A stretch of DNA of 27,491 nucleotides. It comes from an uncultured Oscillospiraceae bacterium. Lineage in GTDB: Bacteria; Bacillota; Clostridia; Saccharofermentanales; Saccharofermentanaceae. The translations under genes and the position numbers were made by a program. Location: positions 1 to 27,491 of the forward strand of contig CAYGIB010000001.1 of the NCBI GenBank assembly GCA_964349735.1, written 5' to 3'. Below the pieces are notes generated by a model. It made no database searches and was not told the DNA's origin. It saw nothing but the letters and a program-made list of their open reading frames with translations. Of the stretch, positions 10,288-19,136 are shown in pieces (the first letter of the stretch is position 1; each line of letters opens with the position of its first letter).

Positions 10288-10289
10288 CG

Positions 10290-11090
10290 ATGGCTTTACG
10301 CGCGGTGACATTTGACAAACAGAAAGTGAAATCCCAAGACGATGGCTTATGCCATACGCTGGCGCTAATGAATAAGTCCTGCGTAATAGAAGGATCTTCC
10401 GTCTCGCAGGATGGCGCATCCACTGTCAGCATCGGTACGGGTTCCTTTTTTGTTTGCGGCAGGCTAGTCAACATCACGTCCGTAGAAAGCCTCGGGGTTC
10501 CTTCGGTACCTGCCGGGCAGACCATGTACATGCGGGTTATATTTGAAGTGAACCTGAATCAGGCAAACACGGAAACAGAGTTCATGCAGGGCAGTTTCAA
10601 AACACTAACCAGCACCACCGGTTATCCCGCCTTGACGCAAGACGATATAAATAGCGGCGGGACACTGTATCAGATGCCGTTTATAAAACTTCGCGCCGAC
10701 TCAACTGGAATTGTCTCCGGGAGTTTTGCCGATGAGCGCACCATGATTTACTCGGTTGCAACTTTAAAGCAAGATCTCGATGGCAAAGCTTCGACAACCC
10801 ATACGCACGCTTCTTACGAAAGCTCGATTGCAAGCATTTACACTTCACTTTCAGGAAAGGCAAGTACCACCCACACGCACTCTTCCTACGAGACCTCCAT
10901 TGCCAATATCAATACAGCCCTTTCCGGCAAGTCGAGTACCAGTCATACCCATGCGTCTTTGGCGGGATTAACCATAACGGATGGCGTCGGGGACAACACA
11001 TGCAAGGTTGTGAACGTTGTCATCTACTCTGGAACACCGCCTTCGGCTCCGCTTCCAAACGGCACTCTATACATTAAATACATCCCGTAA
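10290..11090 (+). CDS. Upper baseplate / receptor-binding adaptor protein with HxH repeats
   Basis: VSIGTGSFFVCGRLV, YPALTQDDINSGGTLYQMPF; C-terminal PSAPLPNGTLYIKY. Confidence 0.6.
   Translation: MALRAVTFDKQKVKSQDDGLCHTLALMNKSCVIEGSSVSQDGASTVSIGTGSFFVCGRLVNITSVESLGVPSVPAGQTMYMRVIFEVNLNQANTETEFMQGSFKTLTSTTGYPALTQDDINSGGTLYQMPFIKLRADSTGIVSGSFADERTMIYSVATLKQDLDGKASTTHTHASYESSIASIYTSLSGKASTTHTHSSYETSIANINTALSGKSSTSHTHASLAGLTITDGVGDNTCKVVNVVIYSGTPPSAPLPNGTLYIKYIP
10782..10955 (+). repeat. 72-bp (24-aa) coding repeat, about 2.5 copies, GKASTTHTH...
   Basis: Units start at 10782, 10854 and 10926. Confidence 0.85.
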
Positions 11091-11103
11091 GGAGGGTTAG
11101 CAT

Positions 11104-12297
11104 ATGGCAGGTCCTTTTCGTTCCAACAGCTCGGCGTATACCACAATGACCGTCAGCTTGTCCGTATCCCGTAATGGGCCGGACAGTCCCTCCTCCGTTG
11201 CCTACGCGACGGTGAACTGGTCGGTCACGACAGGAAGTGCTACCAGCCTCGGTTCAGGAACAAACCGTACCCTTTACATCTATCGATCCGACGGTGCGCT
11301 TCTCGGTAGCAGCGTCATCAAGAACAATGTGTACTGGGTAGAAAGCTCCACCTACTCCGGGAGCTTTTCCATTGGTTTTGATGCCGGTACCTACGATGCA
11401 TTTGCCTGGGATCTATATATCCAGACATCTGCGGAAGGCACACAGTCCTGTATTTGGACGAATCGAAGCTACTGTACAAACTTCGGTGTCTCTTGGCCGC
11501 TCTTCTGGAGTTACGCATCGGCTCCGACAAGTCTTTCTCTTTCTCCGACAACGTATGAGAGTGCTGTACGACTGTCGTGGGGTGGTGCATCATCGGGGAT
11601 CAATAATGGTATTTCAACCTACCACTGTTATTACCGTTACTCCGACGACTCGGGCGGCTCTTGGTCTTCGGAAACCGGTGTCGATTCGGGCGGAGCAGCA
11701 TACATCGACATTAACACGGCAGCGTGGCCGCGCGGGCGACTCGTCCAATTCCACGTCTACTCCATTGCCGCACAAAACCTGCCTTTATCTGGCTTCTCCG
11801 GAACCGCGATCAAGAACCGAGCACCCAACAAACCTACGGGAACGCCTACGACCAACAAGAGTCTGTACTCGCCTGGAGAAACGATAACGATCACATTCTC
11901 TCCGCCAAGTCCACGCGATCCAGATGCGGGAACATCTGGAGATATCGCAGGGTACGAGGCGAAGATGCAATACCCGGATGGCACAGATTACAACAGTGGT
12001 CAGATTATGGGAAGCAATGCGTCCGGCTCAGCGACTACTATTTCGGTCGCAACCAATACCGGATGGCAGTCTGGTGTGCAGTGGAAATTTCTTGTTCGTG
12101 CTTACGACGCCTATGGCGTTCGAAGCGTCTGGTCGACGGCCTCGGCTCTTGTCCTCATTGGAACACCGCTAAAAGTGATGGTTGCAGGATCCTTGCGAAG
12201 CGTAGCCGAACAGTACGTTGTCGTGAACGGCTCGCTCAAGCAAGTGAGCGAAATCAAGGTCCTTGTGAACGGTTCGCTGAAGAACCTCACGATATGA
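11104..12297 (+). CDS. Minor tail/fiber protein with FN3/Ig-like domains
   Basis: S/T/G-rich beta composition, NRAPNKP, WKFLVRAYDAYGVRSVW, C-terminal VNGSLK repeats. Confidence 0.6.
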   Translation: MAGPFRSNSSAYTTMTVSLSVSRNGPDSPSSVAYATVNWSVTTGSATSLGSGTNRTLYIYRSDGALLGSSVIKNNVYWVESSTYSGSFSIGFDAGTYDAFAWDLYIQTSAEGTQSCIWTNRSYCTNFGVSWPLFWSYASAPTSLSLSPTTYESAVRLSWGGASSGINNGISTYHCYYRYSDDSGGSWSSETGVDSGGAAYIDINTAAWPRGRLVQFHVYSIAAQNLPLSGFSGTAIKNRAPNKPTGTPTTNKSLYSPGETITITFSPPSPRDPDAGTSGDIAGYEAKMQYPDGTDYNSGQIMGSNASGSATTISVATNTGWQSGVQWKFLVRAYDAYGVRSVWSTASALVLIGTPLKVMVAGSLRSVAEQYVVVNGSLKQVSEIKVLVNGSLKNLTI

Positions 12298-12312
12298 AAG
12301 GGGGAATGTTAT

Positions 12313-12648
12313 TTGCTTGAATTCATTACACGTTACTGGCTCGAGGCATTGTTTGGGCTGTTTTTAACGGGTCTTTCCTTTGTCATGCGCCACCTGATCC
12401 AAGAGGCCAAGGATGCCAAACGCACATCCGATGCAGTACAAGCCGGGATCCGTTGCTTGCTTCGAGACCGAATCATCAGTAGCTACGAAGAGTATTGTCG
12501 ATTGGGATGTTGCCCATTATCGATTCGCGAGAGCACACAAGAAATGCATGCTGCCTATAAGGCGTTGGGCGGTAACGGCGTGGTCGATCATTTGGTTTTC
12601 GAGATGCATGAATGGCCAACTACCGTTAAGGAGGATATACGACCATGA
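12313..12648 (+). CDS. Holin-like / lysis-associated membrane protein (one N-terminal TM)
   Basis: Hydrophobic WLEALFGLFLTGLSFVM; LLRDRI...YKALGGNG motif common in phage lysis cassettes; TTG start after AAAGGGGG. Confidence 0.55.
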   Translation: MLEFITRYWLEALFGLFLTGLSFVMRHLIQEAKDAKRTSDAVQAGIRCLLRDRIISSYEEYCRLGCCPLSIRESTQEMHAAYKALGGNGVVDHLVFEMHEWPTTVKEDIRP

Positions 12649-12830
12649 GTACAAAAATCCCAAAAGCCGAAACACCGCAAAACTACTACACCGTGAAGCG
12701 CGGCGATACCATGCTTGGCATCGCACAGAAATTCAACACCAGCGTTCGCGCTCTAAAACAACTGAATAACCTTCGCAACCCGTCGTTTATTTTCGCGGGT
12801 CAGCAACTCAAAATCAAGGAGGAAGAATAA
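12645..12830 (+). CDS. Stand-alone single LysM domain protein
   Basis: YYTVKRGDTMLGIAQKFNTSVRALKQLNNLRNPSFIFAGQQLKI; RBS AAGGAGG; overlaps both neighbours. Confidence 0.9.
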   Translation: MSTKIPKAETPQNYYTVKRGDTMLGIAQKFNTSVRALKQLNNLRNPSFIFAGQQLKIKEEE

Positions 12831-13012
12831 TGGAACAGTCTAGATGGAGAAGCCCTGTAGCTTGGAGCGCACTCGCAGCGCTCCTTTTTTTTGTCGCAAA
12901 GACCTGGTTTGGTATTGAAATCCCCGGTTGGGATCAGTTCATTTCCCTGCTCATCGCCGTGGGCGTGGCGTTCGGTATTTTCAATAACCCGACCGAGAAG
13001 AAGGGATTCTAA
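12830..13012 (+). CDS. Holin (two TM helices)
   Basis: SRWRSPVAW-TM1-TM2-FGIFNNPTEKKGF; RBS AGGAGG. Confidence 0.85.
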   Translation: MEQSRWRSPVAWSALAALLFFVAKTWFGIEIPGWDQFISLLIAVGVAFGIFNNPTEKKGF

Positions 13013-13047
13013 TGGTCAATCCGCTGCCATAGCTAGGAAGAACGGAG

Positions 13048-15870
13048 ATGAGATTTCCTATGAATAAGTTACTGTCCTACACGGTCACACGAAAAATGCA
13101 CACGCTTGTGATTCCAACGGTGATGCGAACGGGGGATTTCGATGCCTATATTCTAAGGCTAACACTCCCCGACATGACGTTAACCGGTGATGTGCGTCTT
13201 CGTTTTCGCCGTTCTGACGGAGCGGATTACATCACAGAACCGATCCCGATCAACGGAAATACGATTGAATATACGCTATCGTCGGTCGACTTGGCATGCC
13301 CTTCTCCCCTTCAAGCCTGGCTTCAGATCTCCGACAACAACTTGATTACTCCGCTACGAATCAGCTTTACAGGAATTGAAGGCGTGCCGTCTGGAACACC
13401 ACTGCCCGAAGTCAACGAGTATCCCGAACTGCTCCGAAGAATTGACGAGGCAACAGCGGCAACGGAATCCGCTAACGAGTCGGCACTGTATGCTACGGCA
13501 CAAGGTGTTTATGCTCAGAATGCGGCAAGCGAAGCGTTGATTGCAAAAAGCGATGCGCTACTTGCTGCAAGCCAAGCGACCGAGGCCGTTAGTCAAGCAT
13601 CTATGGCGACCTCGGAAACTACACAGGCAACACAACTAGCGATAGATGCCGCAAGTCAAGCAAACGATGCAACAACACTTTCGGCTGCGGCAACGACACT
13701 CGCAGAGGATGCCGCACTCTCTGCGACAAACGTTGCTACCCTCGCTAGCGATGCTGCAAACTCGGTAAATGCCGCAAAATCCGAAGCCTTGCTTGCTGCT
13801 TCCTCGGCAAATGTAGCCGCGCAGAGTGCAACCGAAGCGGCATCCACTGCATACGAATCCGCTCAAGATGCGAACACCGCAGCAGATCAAGCATATGCCG
13901 TTGCACATCTCTCAGTAACTGCAGAAGATGTCCCTTCCGGAAATCCTCCAACGGCCACTCTATCCGATACGGGAAGTGGAAAAGTCCTCTCTCTTGGAAT
14001 CCCGCGCGGCAAGGATGCCGTGAACCTTTATAGCAAGGCTGATGATAATGGGTACACAGGTTCCGAAGCGGAGTTCTATGCTCTTTTTACCGGTCTTTCT
14101 GAACCCATATATGACTCGATTCTTTCTTCTGTTATTGCCGGGATAACATCGCACAACGAACCAGACTCAATGGCTCACCCCCAAATGCAGGCAGATGTCG
14201 ATGCCATTATTGCCGATCGTTCATTCTACTCCCTCAAAGCGGCAGGAGCCGTGGGCGATGGTGTGATCGACGATACTTCGGCTTTGGAAGCAGCCATACA
14301 AACTTGCATGACGACAGGTAAAGTCTTGTACATCAACAACGGAACATTCCGTTTTACTCGGCGGCTGAACATACCGGATTCCATCAGTATCCTGGGTGCA
14401 TCTCACGACGTAAGCGTTCTCTTTTTTGATGGCGGACCCGCACACGCGGAAACACCCTACGACAGTGCGTATTGGCAAGAATCCAATGCTGCCATATCCA
14501 TCCAGAGCAACAATTGCCGTTTGGAGAACTTCACGCTCACAGGTGGAACGAAGGCGTCCCCTTCTGCGCATTATGGGATTATCTACCATTTCCCCAACGC
14601 CAATGGTACGAACTACAGTTCTGCAGAGCGTGTGTTCATGACCAATGTGGATATCCGATGCTTCCGGTCTGGCGAGTATCGATACGCCGGTTGGAATCGG
14701 TACACCACATGTTGCCAATACATCGACAACGCCGAGTACGGGATCCGCTGGTATCCTCTGGAATCTGCAACGGTCGGTAACTGGGCTGGCTCCGGTGATG
14801 TCCTGATATCCAATCAGTTCATCGGAAATGGCGTGGCTGGGATCGGCTGTACCGCACTCTTTGAGACAACGTTCTTTAACTGCGTCTTTGAGTATAACGC
14901 AAGGGCAATCGAGGCTATTCGCTGTAACGACGTAACCTTCAAGAATTGCTGGAATGAAGCCAACACGGGAAACATTTATGTCGTGGGGTGTCTCAAGTTC
15001 GATGGTGGATATAACATCCAACCCTCCACCGTGGATCACGTACCCGAATCCGGTGGTGACATCGTTGTCTTTGACAGCAAGTCCAGCACCGTTATCTATT
15101 CAGGTGACACGATCGTTTATAACCAGCAAGGCGGGATCATCACCAAAGGCGTCGAGCTTGCAGCAGAAATCGACAACATGCTCTCCAATCCCGACTTTCT
15201 CGAATTCTCAGGTGGTACGCAGACCGTTCCTTCCATGCTCGGTTGGGATGTTTACGGACCCATTTCTGCCAACGGTACGACTCGGTTCATGGGGAAGAAC
15301 ACGGCGGAGTTTCTTTGTTCTGGTCGTGGTTATGACGTATATTTCGGATTTCGCCAAAACATCACAGTTGAAGTCGGAAAAACCTATACGGTTACGTTTA
15401 TGGCCATGACACCAGATCGCTCGGCGATCGATTCTTCGGGGCTTTGCTGCTATATCGCGCACAAGAACCCGGCAGGTGAAGTGAGTTGGAATGACAATCG
15501 TTTCTTCTCTTTCGTGGCGGACAACACCTGGGAAGAAAAGAGTTTTCAGATCGCGCCGGGTGGAGATGACGCTTCCCTTTTCATTGGATTTGGTTGCTAC
15601 CGAAACGGACACGTTTTCTTTGCCAATCCAACATTCGCGTCGAATGACTCGCTGACTGCAAACAACGTTTTTGTACGAAAGGTATCGGACACTTCTCTTT
15701 CGATCACGGACTTGTCCGGGGTAACCATGGGCACGGTCGCGCTCGACGCTGAACGGGACAGCTCCACTTCTCAATCCATTCAAACACATAACACAGACGC
15801 ATCGGCACACGCTGATTTGCGCAGCTTGATAACCGATCTCCAGAACCGTGTATCGGCCCTGGAAACGTAA
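13048..15870 (+). CDS. Tailspike/depolymerase: BppU-like N-terminus, Ala-rich stalk, pectate-lyase-3-like beta-helix, carbohydrate-binding module, C-terminal coiled coil (start may be 13060)
   Basis: LRFRRSDG...GNTIEYTL; SLKAAGAVGDGVIDDTSALEAAI...KVLYINNGTF; NMLSNPDF CBM-like start; HNTDASAHADLR. Confidence 0.75.
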   Translation: MRFPMNKLLSYTVTRKMHTLVIPTVMRTGDFDAYILRLTLPDMTLTGDVRLRFRRSDGADYITEPIPINGNTIEYTLSSVDLACPSPLQAWLQISDNNLITPLRISFTGIEGVPSGTPLPEVNEYPELLRRIDEATAATESANESALYATAQGVYAQNAASEALIAKSDALLAASQATEAVSQASMATSETTQATQLAIDAASQANDATTLSAAATTLAEDAALSATNVATLASDAANSVNAAKSEALLAASSANVAAQSATEAASTAYESAQDANTAADQAYAVAHLSVTAEDVPSGNPPTATLSDTGSGKVLSLGIPRGKDAVNLYSKADDNGYTGSEAEFYALFTGLSEPIYDSILSSVIAGITSHNEPDSMAHPQMQADVDAIIADRSFYSLKAAGAVGDGVIDDTSALEAAIQTCMTTGKVLYINNGTFRFTRRLNIPDSISILGASHDVSVLFFDGGPAHAETPYDSAYWQESNAAISIQSNNCRLENFTLTGGTKASPSAHYGIIYHFPNANGTNYSSAERVFMTNVDIRCFRSGEYRYAGWNRYTTCCQYIDNAEYGIRWYPLESATVGNWAGSGDVLISNQFIGNGVAGIGCTALFETTFFNCVFEYNARAIEAIRCNDVTFKNCWNEANTGNIYVVGCLKFDGGYNIQPSTVDHVPESGGDIVVFDSKSSTVIYSGDTIVYNQQGGIITKGVELAAEIDNMLSNPDFLEFSGGTQTVPSMLGWDVYGPISANGTTRFMGKNTAEFLCSGRGYDVYFGFRQNITVEVGKTYTVTFMAMTPDRSAIDSSGLCCYIAHKNPAGEVSWNDNRFFSFVADNTWEEKSFQIAPGGDDASLFIGFGCYRNGHVFFANPTFASNDSLTANNVFVRKVSDTSLSITDLSGVTMGTVALDAERDSSTSQSIQTHNTDASAHADLRSLITDLQNRVSALET

Positions 15871-15907
15871 TCGGTTATAGATCACACATGCACAAAAGGA
15901 GGATAGT

Positions 15908-16690
15908 ATGCTTCAGGTATTCATTAACTTTCTCGAAGAAAAGGCAAAGTCCAATACGGCCTATGTCTGGGGTGGACAAGGGCACAAGGGCTTAACAGAC
16001 GAGCAGATCAACAAGATGGAAGCATCGATAACCAATGCGAAGCGCGTGATGGCATTTCGAAATCATCTCATAAGCCGTGGTATTCCTGCATCGGACATTG
16101 AGTACTTTGATTGTTCCGGACTGGGTGTTTACCCGCTTCAAACAATTCTCAAGTTGCTCTCGTTTGATACAACGGCGGATGGATTGAGGGGATTTTGCGA
16201 ACGAATCAACCGATCCGATCTGAAACGTGGAGACTGGGTGTTTCGGGTATACACCTCGGGATCCCAAAAGGGACAAGCGTATCACATCGGATATGTTGTC
16301 GACGATGCGCTGAATGTCATTGAATCCAAAGGTCGCGATGATGGCGTTGTGAAACGTCCGCTCTCTGCTTCTGGAGTACATTATTGGAATGCCTATGGAA
16401 GGCCAAGATTCTTTAAAGAAGAAATCGAAAGATCTGGTATTCCTACCACCTGGCGAGTATCTCGAGTCCTTAAACTCATCTCGCCCATGCAGCAGGGAAA
16501 TGATGTTCGAGATCTCCAGTCTGCATTAACAGATGCCGGTTACCCTTGCGGGAAACTGGATGGAATATTCGGACAGAAAACGGATGCCGCTGTTCGGGCA
16601 TACCAGGCTTCGCGCGGTCTCGTTGTGGACGGCAAAGCCGGAAGAAACACGATCACTGCCCTTGGCGGAGTGTGGGCTGGCACCACTTGA
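15908..16690 (+). CDS. Endolysin: NlpC/P60 cysteine peptidase plus PG_binding_1 domain
   Basis: YVWGGQG, FDCSGL (Cys), YHIG (His); LQSAL...DGIFGQKTDAAVRAYQ...DGKAGRNT; RBS AAAGGAGG. Confidence 0.88.
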   Translation: MLQVFINFLEEKAKSNTAYVWGGQGHKGLTDEQINKMEASITNAKRVMAFRNHLISRGIPASDIEYFDCSGLGVYPLQTILKLLSFDTTADGLRGFCERINRSDLKRGDWVFRVYTSGSQKGQAYHIGYVVDDALNVIESKGRDDGVVKRPLSASGVHYWNAYGRPRFFKEEIERSGIPTTWRVSRVLKLISPMQQGNDVRDLQSALTDAGYPCGKLDGIFGQKTDAAVRAYQASRGLVVDGKAGRNTITALGGVWAGTT

Positions 16691-16721
16691 TCTTCGCTTT
16701 TCAAAGAATATTTGCTTACAA

Positions 16722-16760
16722 AGAACCGTCGAGTGATTTTTCACTCGGCGGTCTTTTCTT
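16722..16760 (+). terminator. Rho-independent terminator ending the late operon
   Basis: Stem ACCGTCGAGTGA-TTTT-TCACTCGGCGGT (one G-U pair) followed by CTTTTCTTT. Confidence 0.85.
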
Positions 16761-16871
16761 TTGCCCTTTTTGTTCAAACGGCTTTCTTGCCTCCATTGGG
16801 TAGTGAGGATTAGGTACGCAAATGCCCGCGTTGTGTCTGTAGAGATTAGAGATCATTTGGAGGATTCCTTT

Positions 16872-17093
16872 ATGGCAACCGTAAAAAGCGAAATTCCTGG
16901 TTTTACAAGAGAACCAACACCCATCTCACACGAGCAATTGAAACGCGAGTTGGCTTATTTTTGTTCCACTCGGATTCTGGGAAGCTTGGTCGACCAAGGT
17001 CTAATTACCGTGTCCGAGTGCAATCAAATTGACCTCTTGAATCGGGATTCTTTTTCTCCCGCATGGGCGCAAATACTGTCCGATATTCGTTGA
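16872..17093 (+). CDS. SHOCT-like small protein preceding the recombinases
   Basis: QLKRELAYF...ILGSLVDQGLITVSECNQIDLLNRDSFSP; ATG at 16872 after GGAGG. Confidence 0.7.
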   Translation: MATVKSEIPGFTREPTPISHEQLKRELAYFCSTRILGSLVDQGLITVSECNQIDLLNRDSFSPAWAQILSDIR

Positions 17094-17118
17094 TATGATT
17101 TGGTTTCAGAGGTAATAT
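17090..17118 (+). promoter_or_regulatory. Putative sigmaA promoter of the recombinase operon
   Basis: TTGATA (17090-95), 17-bp spacer, TAATAT (17113-18), 26 nt before the recombinase ATG. Confidence 0.55.
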
Positions 17119-17144
17119 GCAACACTACAAGGATGTGAGATTTA

Positions 17145-18704
17145 ATGAAAGTAACGAAAATCACAAAACCCTCTCTGGATTTATCCACACGGAATAAGCT
17201 CCGTGTTGCAGCTTATTGCCGTGTCTCTACCGACAGCGATGAACAGATTCAAAGTCTTGAAGCACAAATCAAGCACTATGAAACCACAATAAATGCGAAC
17301 CCCGACTGGGAGTTTGCCGGACTCTATTACGACGAGGGCATCACCGGAACGAAAAAGGATAAGCGTCCCGAGCTGCTTCGGATGATCACCGATTGCGAGA
17401 GTCGAAAAATCGACTTGATCGTCACAAAGTCAATCAGCCGCTTTTCCAGAAACACAACCGACTGCCTGGAGCTGGTTCGCAAGTTACTTCGTCTGAAAAT
17501 TTTCATTTTATTCGAGAAGGAGAACATTCATACCGGATCCATGGACAGCGAACTCATGCTCTCCATCCTAAGTGGACTGGCCGAAAATGAGTCGGCTTCC
17601 ATTGCCGAAAACGTCAAGTGGTCCATAAAGAGAAAGGTACAGAACGGCACCTACAAGATTTCATGTGCTCCTTATGGATACGATGTTATGGACGGACATT
17701 TGGTTGTAAATGAAGAACAAGCACATATCGTTCGTTTCATTTTTTGCGAACTCTTATCCGGAAAGGGTGTTTTGAAAATTACAAGGGATCTTAACGCAAA
17801 GAACATCCCTCCCAGAAAAGGTGGAACATGGTCAGAAGCTACACTTCGCGGCATGGTCAAAAATGAAAAGTACACTGGCGATGCGCTTTTTCAAAAAACA
17901 TATACAGACGAGTATTTTAACAGGCATGCAAACGATGGCGAGAAGGACCAATTCCTTATCCAAAACCATCACGAACCGATTATCAGTCACGAGATATTCA
18001 ACGCGGCGCAAGCCGTTATCGCGCAACGCGGAAAAGAGAAGGGGATCGTTCCAAAGCACCCGAAATATACGAATCGTTATCCGTTCTCAGGGAAAATCAT
18101 CTGCGGCTTATGCGGTGGGACATTCAAGCGTCAGACGCATACAAATAGCCGATACAAGTATGCCTGGTGCTGTACGACGCATATCACCGACAAGGGAAAG
18201 TGCTCAATTCAGTATATAACTGAATCTGCCTTTGAATTTGCGTTCGTGACCATGATGAACAAACTCATCTTCGGACACAAGGAAATCCTGCGCCCTCTGT
18301 TGGAAGATATTCGTGGCAGAAACAGCGATGATACTCTTTTGAGCATTCGAACACTGGATGAAAAACTCGAGGAGAATGCCGATCAACGAAAGGTGCTGGT
18401 AGGACTTATGACCAAAGGCTACCTTGAGCGGCCAGTGTACGCAAAGAGCAACAACGAGCTTCTGCAGGAAGCCGAACACCTTCAATACCGAAAGACCTCT
18501 CTTCTTCGATTCTTAAGCAGCGATCAGCTACATGTCAGCGAAGTAAGTGAACTTCTTCTCTTTGCAAGCAAGGCAGACATGTTGACCTCCTTTGACGCTG
18601 TTCTCTTTGAGCGGTTTATCGATCAAATCATCGTATATTCCCGCACAGAAATCGGATTTGTGCTCAAATGCGGGATAACACTGCGAGAAAGGAGTGTGAC
18701 ATAA
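17145..18704 (+). CDS. Large serine recombinase 1 (resolvase, recombinase and Zn-ribbon domains)
   Basis: [15 protein letters not shown] (catalytic Ser), KSISRFSRN, KNEKYTGD, CGLCGG...WCC. Confidence 0.95.
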   Translation: MKVTKITKPSLDLSTRNKLRVAAYCRVSTDSDEQIQSLEAQIKHYETTINANPDWEFAGLYYDEGITGTKKDKRPELLRMITDCESRKIDLIVTKSISRFSRNTTDCLELVRKLLRLKIFILFEKENIHTGSMDSELMLSILSGLAENESASIAENVKWSIKRKVQNGTYKISCAPYGYDVMDGHLVVNEEQAHIVRFIFCELLSGKGVLKITRDLNAKNIPPRKGGTWSEATLRGMVKNEKYTGDALFQKTYTDEYFNRHANDGEKDQFLIQNHHEPIISHEIFNAAQAVIAQRGKEKGIVPKHPKYTNRYPFSGKIICGLCGGTFKRQTHTNSRYKYAWCCTTHITDKGKCSIQYITESAFEFAFVTMMNKLIFGHKEILRPLLEDIRGRNSDDTLLSIRTLDEKLEENADQRKVLVGLMTKGYLERPVYAKSNNELLQEAEHLQYRKTSLLRFLSSDQLHVSEVSELLLFASKADMLTSFDAVLFERFIDQIIVYSRTEIGFVLKCGITLRERSVT

Positions 18705-19136
18705 ATGGCACACACACCTCATGGCTATCGGATTGAAAACGGGAAAGCGGTGATTGATGAAACGGCTGCGAAGCAGGTACGAACGTTGTTTGCGTCTTAC
18801 CTATCCGGTGATTCCTTGGACACGGCTTCAAAAAAGTCTGGCATTCTTTCCGTCCATGGCTCCATCGGGAAGATTCTTCAAAACACCCGATACCTCGGAG
18901 ACGAGTATTACCCCGCTTTGATTGAATCAGATACATTTACAGCTGTTCAAGAAGAGCGTCTTCGAAGAGTTAAAATGCTCGGTCGAGTCTACGAACCGAA
19001 AGATGCTGAAACGGTCATCTTCCCTACTCACTTCCGCATAAAGGAATCCACACAAAGTATGGAGGATCCGTTTCGCCAAGCGGAATACATCTACAGCTTA
19101 ATTGAAACGGAGGTATCCGAAAATGGATGCAAATAG
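18705..19136 (+). CDS. Short recombinase-domain-only protein (no catalytic domain)
   Basis: [35 protein letters not shown]; no YxRxS motif. Confidence 0.85.
   Translation: MAHTPHGYRIENGKAVIDETAAKQVRTLFASYLSGDSLDTASKKSGILSVHGSIGKILQNTRYLGDEYYPALIESDTFTAVQEERLRRVKMLGRVYEPKDAETVIFPTHFRIKESTQSMEDPFRQAEYIYSLIETEVSENGCK

Noticed and set aside
14221-15039. 272-aa antisense ORF inside the tailspike (also 19228-19845, 26257-26958, 11372-11887, 11724-12320)
   Set aside because: Shadow or alternate-frame ORFs of well-supported genes, without RBS or recognisable motifs
10290-15870. Diversity-generating retroelement or shufflon acting on tail fibers
   Set aside because: No reverse transcriptase, no template/variable repeat pair with A-specific mismatches, and no inverted fiber cassettes or crossover repeats seen; the part of the prophage outside the window cannot be assessed
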